From positions 1 to 64,000 of the forward strand of contig RSEE01000086.1 in NCBI GenBank assembly GCA_003971905.1: 64,000 nt of DNA, read 5' to 3'. The stretch is from Moniliella sp. 'wahieum'. Lineage: Eukaryota. Both the position numbers and the translations under genes were made by a program. Under the pieces are notes generated by a model. It had not been told where the DNA came from. It worked only from the letters and a program-made list of their open reading frames with translations, and did no database searches. Position 1 is the first letter of the stretch. Every line of letters begins with the position of its first letter. This document shows, one piece after another, positions 50,219 through 61,110 of this stretch.

Positions 50219-53200
50219 CCCCGCCCGTTCCTCGTAGGCCCGAGAGACGCTGCCTGCTTGCTCGTAATGGAATACACTGGATATATGGACCCTTTGGACG
50301 AGAAGAATCCGCGGTAGCAGCGGATGGACGCCGAGAGTGTAGCGCTATAAAAACGTACAGGTGAGCAGGGTGGGATCCACCTCTCAGTGTTGCCTGCACA
50401 TCGCGGTCGTATCACACGCCCTGAGTGGGACAGCAGCGGCCTCAGTTCTTCCCCGCGCAGATCGTTTGAGGTGGTTGCTCTCCTCCGTCTCGCATTTGGT
50501 CACGGTGGTCCCGAGTGGAGTTTGGGGTGCTTCGATTTCAGTTTCCGCAAAGGCATAGGTGATGGCAGCAAGACAGACCAGTACCTTTGGTATTGCGGAT
50601 TTGTCAGACACCACTGCCGTACCCATTGAACCAAGCGGAACTCCGGCTCGGTGTGCGGCTATCGCTTTCCTTGGTCTTAAATCAGCTTCCATTTTGTCCG
50701 CTCTTTACTAGTCTGTCCCATTCTGGCACTCTTCCTCCTCCTCTTCCACTCCTCTTCCCAACAAGACAACAACAGGACCCTTGGGTTAATCTCCTTCTTG
50801 TCACCTTCTCTAACCCGACCACACTACGCTGCATCTCGCCTCTTCCATATACCAACCTCTTCCCCCACCTGTTCGGATGCTGTGACCTCTCGGGCCTAAT
50901 GATATGCGGACCCACATAGTCTCTCTTTTGTATCATAGTATCGCCGGCTTGTTCGACCGCCTGTCTCTTCCAGGGCGGGTATGAGTCTCCGTCCTCTTGA
51001 ACCAACACCATATACTGGTCGTTGCATTGCGCTGTTTTCCCTGAGGGTCTCACCCAACTCTCTTTGGATGTTGAACCGGAGGTGAGCCACCTGGTGGCTC
51101 GTGCATTTTTGGCCACAGGGTAGTCCCTTCAGTCCCTTCTCAAGCGTAGGAGTTTTGGGGTCTTCTCTCGCTTCTGTCCTTCCTGTATGCAGCAACTGAT
51201 CCCGGTGGCAACTGGCTGCTTGATGTCCCTCTGTGTTTGTAGGCTGGCTTAGACCACCAACATCACCACCATAAGTGAGATTGCGTCACCCTAGACGAGG
51301 GCCATCAGAATCTCCAGAACTCAACATCAGAAGAGTGACAGATCGGCCAGCACGCCCCCCATTCCCATTCCCTTCGCTGGGCGTATGTCGTCAACAATTA
51401 TTATATCTGCGCCATTCCGCACTCTACTCTTACCTTTCGAACCCGGACTGTGGATGAAATCCCATCTTCCCTCCTTTTCCAACCGAACAAAAGGACTCTC
51501 ACCATTCGAACGTACTCCTCGCTCCTGCATGCCACCAAGGATCAGCAAGGCCAACTAACACCAAACTCTATCTTCGGTATCATGCTCTTGACGGGCACCG
51601 GACACCTATAGTATATGCCACAAAGGCGACAGTCGTTTTCCCGAGTTCCAGTGCCACCGACAAAGTATATATGTCGATCCCATTCGAATCACTCGACCAG
51701 AAGATCATGACAATGGCCGGTTACCCAGATATTAAGCGAGTACCCCGCGATCCATCGATCCTCCCAAGAGTCTGTGTAGTGGCACTTCAATTCAACGAAT
51801 GTGTTCTCCAACGGACTCTCATGTGCCGGAAGCATTCCTGGAAGAGAGCAAAAAGGGACGAAGCCCGAGACTCTACGTCTCACTGTCACGGAACGAGTCG
51901 TGTGGATTGTACGATGGAGTCAGACGTAAAGGGGTTCGAAAAGAGCTGGCTGTCTAGGCCGGAGGTTTCTTGTTGTGCGTACCGGCAGAACTATGTTGAA
52001 CAATTTACTCTGCCCCCTCAATGGCCCGGTCCAAGGCTGGATGCACGAACACGCTTGGGCCATTGCCAGACAGCCTATCCGGCATTGAACTGGTCGTCTT
52101 TTTCCAAATTCGTGGTCAGCATGGTCGTGACAGGGACACTATCTCGAGATCCGTGTCTGCGTCACCGAGTCACTGTGGAACAAAGCCAATTGAGCGCGAG
52201 GTCCAAGATCCCGACCATATATAGACTCGAATGGCATATCCCTGAAGAAGCTGGCTCCTACGCATTCCTCCGTCAGCCCAGGTGTGAAAGTAGTGCACAC
52301 CTTCATCCAGATACCCGGATGAAGTTGGATGGGGCAAGAGGGGCGACGTCTGGCCTATATAACAGGATGGATATTGGGAGAGGAAACTTTCTCCAGAACC
52401 GCCATATAGCAGCTGATACGCCCACCTTAGCAGCCCACCAGTGCAGGAGACGATCCACAGATATGCAGCAACTGATCGCAGTACGCGTGGTCATGATTGC
52501 AGGATCGATCGGAGGAGGTGAACTTGAGGTTGCTCACAGAATGTTTCCACGAAGGGAGCCAAGTGGTGACGCAATCGGGCGTGAGTTAGGACGGGATCGC
52601 GAGGGGTCGGGATGACTTGAGACATGTTTCGTGCGATTGCTGGACACAAGAACGGGAAAGTACCAAGCCTATCGAGCACCGTCGTCAGCTGGGCAATAAG
52701 ACCAACTCGAGGCTCTCGTTCCTCTGCGCACCATCTTCTCCGTGTGGCGGTGGTAATTCAAGCGTTAAGAGGAAAGCGGCATGTTGGTGACGGCAAAGCA
52801 TATTACGGGGAACTCTTGGCGCTTTGTATGGCAAATCACTACTCTATGGTTCATTGCATGCCGTCAGTTTCTCCTTTCTCCTTTCGACGCCGCGCGGTCA
52901 TCGTAGCAACACTTGTTCGCCGGGTGGATCCTCCCGAAGAGGAAGACGCCCGTCCCGTGGGTCTGGCTCCTCCGCGGACCGTGTTGCCCGTTGGGAGGGA
53001 TAGTGACTGTCGCGAGGGTGGAGGAGGGAGGTCTGCCTGAACGCGGCAGTGGTTACCCACAACCACACGCGTAGAACTGCGCAGTGCGCAGCAAACTCCC
53101 TCTGTGGATAACCCTCGTTCCGCGGCGGCCTTTTTCTACCATCTTACGGCTGTGAATTGGACGTGGGAGGCCGGGATACTGAGTCACCACAGGGGGCTCG

Positions 53201-54212
53201 TGCGTTCAGTCCACTGAACAGAAGTTGCTTTTTGCCCTGCTTCGACCTAGGAGATCCGCCGTTTCCTCGCTCCGGCCGTCCCTGTTCTGCAACCAGGCCG
53301 AGTGACGACTGTGATGATTGCTTAATGTTCCTCTTCTGTAGCGTGTAGCACTGAAGAGAGGTTTTTTGCACGAGATGGCACTGAGAGCGAGCCAGCCCGT
53401 CGGGGTCTGTTCGCTCCGCTGGGCCGCGGACATGCGCGTCCCACGGAGTAGAGCGTATGGCCAAGCTCAGGCTCGACGTCTGGCTTGGCGGTGTTTGACA
53501 AGTGACTTGGCGGTGTCTAGGCAGCTTGGCGGCAAAAAATCGAAGTAATGGCGATGTGACAGTGTGACATGGAACGCAGGCAGAGAAAGAGCCCGGGCAG
53601 TGCCAAGTGTGTGTAAGAGGTGGGATGGGACGTGTGAGATCGGGGAGGGCATGTATCACATGTGACATGTGACATGGTGTGACTGCGCCCCCATGCTGCG
53701 ACGTGAGATGTGGCGTACTGTGGCCTGGTGCGCTGGCGGGTGTGGGGGTGTTCTGCGGTGTTCTGCTGCGTTCTGCTGCTGCTGCGCACCGGCTGCGCCC
53801 GTGGAGCACCTGAAACAGGTGGCCTGAAAGCTCAAAGTGCGGGGGCGGGGCAGGGGAGCACTGTCGAGGCAGGCACGCAGGGGCAGGCAGGGCTAGGCAC
53901 TGGGCCCGCGCGGACGTGCGTCGGACAGTCCCCCCGTACTCGCCGGCAATGGCGTGAGGCGGACACTGCTCGGCCGCCCGAACGAGGTGGCGTGACTTAC
54001 CTCTGGGGTAGCGCAGGTAGACAGACGCGTAGACGCCAGACGCGCCAAAGGGGGTCGATGCCCTACGCAGCACACCACCCGGCACGGGGGATCCAGCGCA
54101 CACCGTGTGACAGCGTCACTAGGAGGTGAGTCACCTGCTTGACTAGGCTGACAACCCCAGCAAGACGGTCTGTGCGACCCATCCGACTATGCCCCGCCCC
54201 CTCTCCTCTTTC

Positions 54213-54221
54213 GCTATATAT
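54213..54221 (+). promoter_or_regulatory. TATA-like element upstream of small gene
   Basis: ctatatata about 130 bp upstream of ATG 54349. Confidence 0.5.
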
Positions 54222-54348
54222 ACCCCACCCCCCTGTCCGCCCCCTGCCTCATCCACATCCCCATCCACACACCGCACTATCCGCGCCACACAAACACCTA
54301 CACCCCCTTACCTTGTTGCCCTACCCACAACAGTTTACCACGCCTACC

Positions 54349-54689
54349 ATGGTGCGTTCCTGTTCCTTTGGCCTTCTTCGCTCTTATCCCCCATCCTGTC
54401 GCCGCATCAATTCACTCTGCCCGCATGCTTACTGACCCCACGTGCCTCGCTTCCACAGAAGGGATTCTCGTTCACGTCGCTCCTGCGCCCCAAGAAGACC
54501 TCGTCGTCGGCCCAACCGTTGACCCGCACCCACTCGTCATACGATGGCGCGCACACCACGCCGTTCCGAGTGCCCGAGGGGGAGGCCCAGCAGCGCACCC
54601 AAACTGGCAACAGCAAGCAATCGGCCAGCGAGATGTACCGCTCCACTACGCTGCAAGAGCGGATCAAGGCTGCCGAACGCAGGCACTAA
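54349..54689 (+). CDS. Small hypothetical protein (77 aa), first exon is ATG only
   Basis: accATG|gtgcgt...tactgac...cacag intron 54352-54458, then KGFSFTSLLRPKK...QERIKAAERRH*. Confidence 0.7.
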
Positions 54690-56282
54690 GCTCCCCAATA
54701 TGGTTTGAGCTGTAACCGTTTTCCGTTGTGATTAATGATTCTCAACAGATCTCACCCCGCTTGCTCCTTACACGGTTGCGGGGTATGTGATCTGGACGGA
54801 TGGCTGCCTGCGGGCTATGCCCCCCGTCCCCATTCCCTATTACACGACTGATCATCTTGAAACCTCGGTTGGATTCATTCATCCGTTGGTTTTGAGTGGT
54901 TTGAGTCGCTTTTCGTTCCGTTTGCTTTCACGACAGTTTAGACGCCGTACCGGACAATATCAACCTAATGATCATTTACCTTCTCATCGTGATTGACTGT
55001 TGGATACTCACATTGCCTCTTGCATGCGGTGATGTAGGCGCGGATATAGATGCGAGGAAATGGTACCGTCAAGTACGCTTCAGGATTGGGCGCTGCTGTG
55101 ATCGGATATGCCTTTGGATTTCGTGTTGACCACCGGTGGTCCCGGGCCCATCGGCCTTCACAGTGACACGTGGCCCGATACACACAGTGCATCGGTGGGG
55201 TTCCGTGTCCCGGACCTTCCACGAGCTTCGACTGGCCTCCGAGCCCGGAGCCTACTATCAAGGCCCATAGGTCTAGTTGTAAAAGGAACAGAATGGGTTG
55301 GGTGATGAACCTCTGGTGATCAAGAGCAACGCAATCGCGATGGTGGTGGGTAAGGGTTAAGTTAAGGCCTAAGGGTTAAGGTCTAAGCCGTAGGCCACAC
55401 CTACTAGAGGACAGGGGTTCCAACAAGCCTGAGTATACATGTGGAGGCTTCGGAGGTCAAATAAGGAGAAAAGGGCGACAATGCGCCTTGGCCTATGTAC
55501 GGGATGGCGGGGCCCAACATTAGTTCTCCTTATTCGTTCTGGAATACCATCTGCATTACCCATCTCCCACATCGCTAGCTACTAGGCCCATGATAAAACC
55601 CCATTTTTATTTCGCCCGACTTGTTCGCTTCCACATGTGATGTTGAGGCGGAAAGGTAACGGATGGCAACATCACCACAGGAGACACTGCCCTTAGGAGG
55701 CCGTACATGATGGATGAGTAGCTCAAGGAAATCTGGTACCACCACACCCGGGGTAGTGGCACCAGCAGCCCTGGGCAAGCCTAGGGGGTTCCTTGAGGTG
55801 CATTCCTTCTGAGAATGTTCCTTCCTGGGGGCAGGAATGTTCCCTGCGGTGATACAATACAAATCAACTGCCATTACCGAGAGCGGATCCTCTCTGCGGG
55901 GGTTCCCACAGGGAACTCTCTGTTTGAGGTTGCTGAGGCGCTGAGGATGGAATGGGTCTGAAGCGGATGGAGCAGGCGGCTGGAGTGGGCAGACTGATGG
56001 TGGACTGTGCTGTAGCCCAGAGCCAGTGACGAGCAACGCGTGGTCAGTGGCCAGTGACCGGTGACCGGTAGCAGCGGCAGCCGATGGCCGGTGGCTGGTC
56101 GGGTCCGCAGGGGTAGGGTTAGGCGTTGGCCTGCGTTGGCACACTGCCCTCCCACGCACAGACACCGCCTTGGGCCACATCACTGTGATGTGCCCGTGAT
56201 GGGAGTGTGTTGGGCGCACGACAGGCGGAGTACCGCCGCGCCGCGTTAACGCCGCCACCCCCCGTCCCCCACCACCACCACC

Positions 56283-59200
56283 ATGGTGCGCGCCTCTGCC
56301 AACACCGCCTCCGCCCCGGCGCGTGCCCAGCCTGCCCCTCCTCCGGGCTCGAGCACCCGGGGCTCCACCTCCTCCCCGTCCCCCGCCACGGCGCCTGCTG
56401 CGCGCCCAGCCCCCGCTGCTCCGGCGCCTGCCCCCCGCAAAAGATGAAGGCCTCGGTCGGCGGCGGCGTGGAGCTGGAGCTGGACGACGACCTGGTCGAC
56501 GAGGCGCTTGGACTCATTGGCCAACGCCGCCGCCGCAAGCGTGTGCGCTACAGCTGCTCCGAGTGCCACCGCCGCCGCGCCAAATGTGACCGGCAGATGC
56601 CGTGTTCGTCCTGCGTCGAGCGCGGCATCCCCGACGCCTGCCGCCCGTGCGAGGACTTTGATGTGGACATTTACGAACATGCCAAGCGACTTGAAGGTCT
56701 TATTTCCCGCATCCTTGACCGCTCTCATAACCCGCCTCCTGGCAAGCGCCGCCGCAAGCGCAATCGCGACAGTCCTCCGCCGACCCAAGCGCCCTCGGTT
56801 GTTCCCTCGGGCGACCCCGAGGCCGGCAGCCCCTGGCAACCCGCCTCCGCCTCCCTCGTCTCGGAACCAGTGTCCCGCCCTACCGCACGCGGGACAGAAC
56901 CTTTTGCCTCTTCCTCCTCGGCATCGCCTGCCTCCCCGACGACATGCCGCTGGTCGAGGGGGTATCCTCTGCCACGTCCCGAGCGATCGAGACCCAAGCG
57001 CAAGGCCGCAGCTGGAAGTTTGGCGCCAACATGTCCCATTCTTCCTGTATTGTCAACTACAACAATATGCTCCAACTTGGTCAATACAGCTCGGCGGAGC
57101 TGATGCGTGTGCTGGGGCAGCTACCTTCGTTGGGGGAAACCAACCATCTGATCACATTGTATTTTGACCACATCAACACACGGTCTTTCCCATCGACGAG
57201 GCAAGTTTCCGCCGGTGCTTCCAACGACTTGCGCCTGTGGTATGGGAAACTGCTTCGCCGGCCAGCGCTCTGGGCGTGGCGGCAGCAGAAGGCTTCGTAC
57301 GCAAACGACCGGCTGCAGAAGACTTGATCCCTCAACTTTCGTCCTTGTCGCTTCTGATTGTGCTCACGTTTGTATACCGATGTCTTCCTCCGTCCATGGG
57401 CACGGAACAGGAAGGCGCCGCTCGTTCCTCCAATTTGGCCGCCTCGTGCCGTGCCATCATCCGCCTGCTGCTCGCGGTGGACCGACCGGACCTGAAGTGG
57501 TGCAGTCTTGGCTGCTGCTGTCGCGATGGTATGTGATTGGGCGCCAGGCGGACCTATCGTGGTTCTACCTTGGCTCGGCCATCCGCACGGCGTACATGAA
57601 CAAGCTCAACATTGATGGAACTCGTCTGAAGCTCGACGCTATCGAGACGGAGCAGCGACGAAGAATCTGGAGCCATCTATTTTACATGGACCGGACCAAT
57701 GGGGTGTTGATGGGCCGGCCTCCGACGGTCAATACGGCGTATATGGACACTGCTCTCCCCTCGGAACTGGCTTCGGCTTCATCCAGCGACACTGCCCCCT
57801 CGCCAGCAGGGACGGAGAGGAGCCACGGGTCCCACCAACGCCACGAGTTGCTTCGGATGAGCAATCCCTGGAGCCCGGCGCGCTACGGCGTAGCGACGTT
57901 TTTGGCGCTGCGGCAAAAATTCGCCCTTTGACGGCAAGGTGCTGGCTCACTTTCATGACTTTCACATGCCTCGGTCGTATGATCAAGTGTGCTGGACTCG
58001 GAGCTGGTGCAGTTCCAGGATCGTTGCCGCTGGTGTATACGCTGGACTTTGGTCCGCGGTTGATGGCCAGCTCAAGAGGAGGACGACAGAGCCTGCGTTG
58101 GGCGCGCACCCTGACCCTGAAGCACAAGAAATTTGTTCCCGCTTGACCTACACCAACCTCAACACACTGGCTTGCCACCGATACTTGCTCAACATGGAAT
58201 TCGCCTTTGTCCGCATCTCCCTCCACCAGCCCTACATCCTCCGCGACAGCCCGCTCTTCAGCCGCTCCCGCACAGCGGCCATCGACTCGGCACTATGGGA
58301 TCGGCGTGGTACGCTTGCCTCCTCACCCTTCTCCCCCCCTTCCCTCCTTGTTGGTCGTTTCTACCAGAGTGTTGCTGACTGGTATCGTGTCGTTTTGCTT
58401 TGGTTTGCTTTGGTTTGCTTTGTTTGCTCTGTTCTGTATCGGGTTGGATTGCGTCGTCCAGCGCGGATGGTGTTTGCGCAAGAGTCGCACTGGACCCCCG
58501 ACCTGCCCCGGACCAACTTCCTCGCCGGCCTGTTCCGGCACTTTAATGCGACGACGGTGTTTGGCTTGGCGTTGGTGCAAGATCCGCGTGGCCGACATGC
58601 GAGCCAGTACCTTGGCTACCTGCACGAATTTGTTGCCGCTGCGCGGCCCAGGCCCAGGACCACATCGCCGGCGCCGGTCGCGTGGTCGACCGCGAAATCC
58701 GCATCGTAGAGATGTTCATCAAAGTCAAGGAAATGGCCGACGCGCAATTCGTGCCCCCCATGCCCTCGGTCCCTGCCATGGGCCATCGGGCCTCGGAGGG
58801 CGGATCTAGCATGCCATCGGCCCCGACGTCGGCACCAACGTCGGTACCAACGTCGGTGCCAGCACCCGCGCCGGTACCTGCCGACTATGGCCGCGACTAC
58901 CCTACTAGCGATACGCGCACCGCGCATCCGTCCTCGTCGCCGTCTCTAGCAGACGCGGGCGAAAGGGGGGTTGGGCGCGCGTTTTGAGGCGGTACCGCTG
59001 CGTCCGACGAGGCTGGTCCCTGCAAGGGACCTGCTAGCTCCCGCTCGCGGCTCGATGCGACGACGGGACGGTTACCGCTCCCAGTGGCCATGGGACCGTC
59101 CGCGCCCGTCTGTCCCGCCTCGGTTGGGCCGAGCTCAACAACCCGCTTCCGGTTCGGCGCGCACCCCAACGGCGCCGCGGCCTCCGACCCCGATCCTGAT

Positions 59201-59965
59201 CCCGGCCCCGATCCCGATCCCGATCCCGATCCCCCTGTGGCCCGGACCGGACGTCAGGGCGGCCCGAGCAGAGCTGCGTCGCGCATGGACCGCACCTTGA
59301 TCGCGCCTGCTCCCGGCCGCGGCGGGCCGGGGCCCGAACCGCCAGGCAACCGACGGGGCAGCCGAGCGAGTGCGCTGCCTTCTTCTTGGGGCGGTCCCCC
59401 TGTGCCTGCCCCCCCTGCGCCCATGGGGATGGAAGTGACGCTGTCGCCTACATCTACCTTGCCCTCCAACCTGACCGCCGCCTCGCCACGCAAACTCAAC
59501 CCCCAACATCTACAATGCCTTGGCGGCGCCCATCTTGAGCGGGATGAACGAGCATTTGGATGCGCCTACGAGCAATTGGCCAGGGGCTTGGATGGAAAGT
59601 GCCTTTGCCCTGTGCCGGTGCCTGTGCCTGTGCCTGCCCCCGTTCCTGTGCCTGCTCCCGTTCCTGCTTCTGCCTCTGCCTCGGCCTCTGCGTCGGGGTC
59701 GGTGCCCAAGCCTAGGCCTGCATCTGCGTCTGCGTCTGCGCCAGGCGCCATCCCGCCCATCCAGCCCGCTCCTCGCCATCGTCGTCGCTGGGGGCCGGTG
59801 TGGCGGCATTTGAGCCCGATGGGCTGTGGCCGGCGCCGCCAGGGCTGACGTAGGGCCCGGCGCGGCGAATGGGATGGGGATGGATCTGGCGCGGGAGGAC
59901 TGGGCGACGCTCATCTCGATGCTGGCTCCGTATGCGGTGGAGGACATGGTGCGCCGGGGCGATGA
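56283..59965 (+). CDS. Zn(II)2Cys6 transcription factor with fungal-specific TF domain
   Basis: RKRVRYSCSECHRRRAKCDRQMPCSSCVERGIPDAC; WFYLGSAIRTAY..LNIDG...EQRRRIWSHLFYMDR...LMGRPP; RISLHQPY. 3' end uncertain. Confidence 0.92.
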
Positions 59966-60179
59966 GGGGCGGGAAACGAATGCATTCAGCGTAGTGGTGG
60001 TGGGGACGGTGGTGCGCATGGGCGTGGGGTGGTGCGCATGGGGTGACAGACGTGGCAGCGCTTACGTCAGTCGCTGGGGTGGTGGTGGGCGACGGGGCCG
60101 GTGGGCGTCGTCTGGGCGCAGACGACGACCATCTAACCATCGGCTCGTCGCCGCTGCCTGCCCTGCCCTTCTGCCCGCC

Positions 60180-60606
60180 ATGACCCGCGCCACCCGCTTT
60201 GCCACCAAGCTGGCGCTCGTCGCCAGCGCATACCTCGTCTTCTGGCTCCACCTCCTCCCCGTCCCGCTCGTGCCGCAGGCCACGGCGGACGCTGTGCTGG
60301 CCGCGCTGCCGTGGTGGGCGCTGATTGCGGTGGGCTGCCACCTGATGTACGAGCTGGGCAAGGGCCTGTACTACTTCAACGACACGCCCAAGGCATACGA
60401 AGAACTGCTGGTCGTACGTTGCTTGCTCTTGCTCTTGCTCTCCTTGGTCCGCTGGCTCCCTCCCCCTCCCCAGCCGCGTCGTTGGCGGCGGCGGCGGCGG
60501 TGCTGGCGGTGCGCGGTGCTGGGCTAACACGGGCAGCCCCGTTGTGCAGGAAATCAAAGAGGCCAAGGACTACCTCCGCCAACGAGGCGTCGACGTTGAC
60601 TCGTAG
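60180..60606 (+). CDS. DPM3: Dolichol-phosphate mannosyltransferase subunit 3
   Basis: MTRATRF...LPWWALIAVGCHLMYELGKGLYYFNDTPKAYEELLV / intron 60414-60549 / EIKEAKDYLRQRGVDVDS*. Confidence 0.95.
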
Positions 60607-61110
60607 CGCTCGCCCGCCGTGGCGATGGACGCGCCGCGCGGCTGTGTGTGTGTGCTGGGCCCGACGGGGCCGGCTCGGCCGGGGCTCATTTGCGCTAGCC
60701 GCCGCCATAGTAGCTCCTGCTCTGCTCCCGCTACGCCTCGTCCCAGTTGATCTCATGTCGTTCCATCCCATCCCATCTCGTCGCAGACTGCATGCCCGCC
60801 ATGGCGCCGGCGCCGGCCATGCACAGCACGTCGTAGCCCATCGTAGGTCCCCGGGGGCGCAGACAGGCAGCTGGCGGCCGAGTGACTCCACTCCGTTCCG
60901 CTGCGGGCGGAACAGGCGGTGGGCAGGGCGGGGCTATTGAAGCTTGAAGGCGATTGATATTGACGTGGCATGGCAGCCACCTGCCTCGCCTGTTCCCTCG
61001 TCTCCATCGCCTCCATCGCCTCCATCGCGCCCATCATCTTCTCCGCCGCGCCCACCATCTCCATCGCCCCCTCGCCACCCTCCCCCGCATCGCATCGCAC
61101 CATCCACGCC

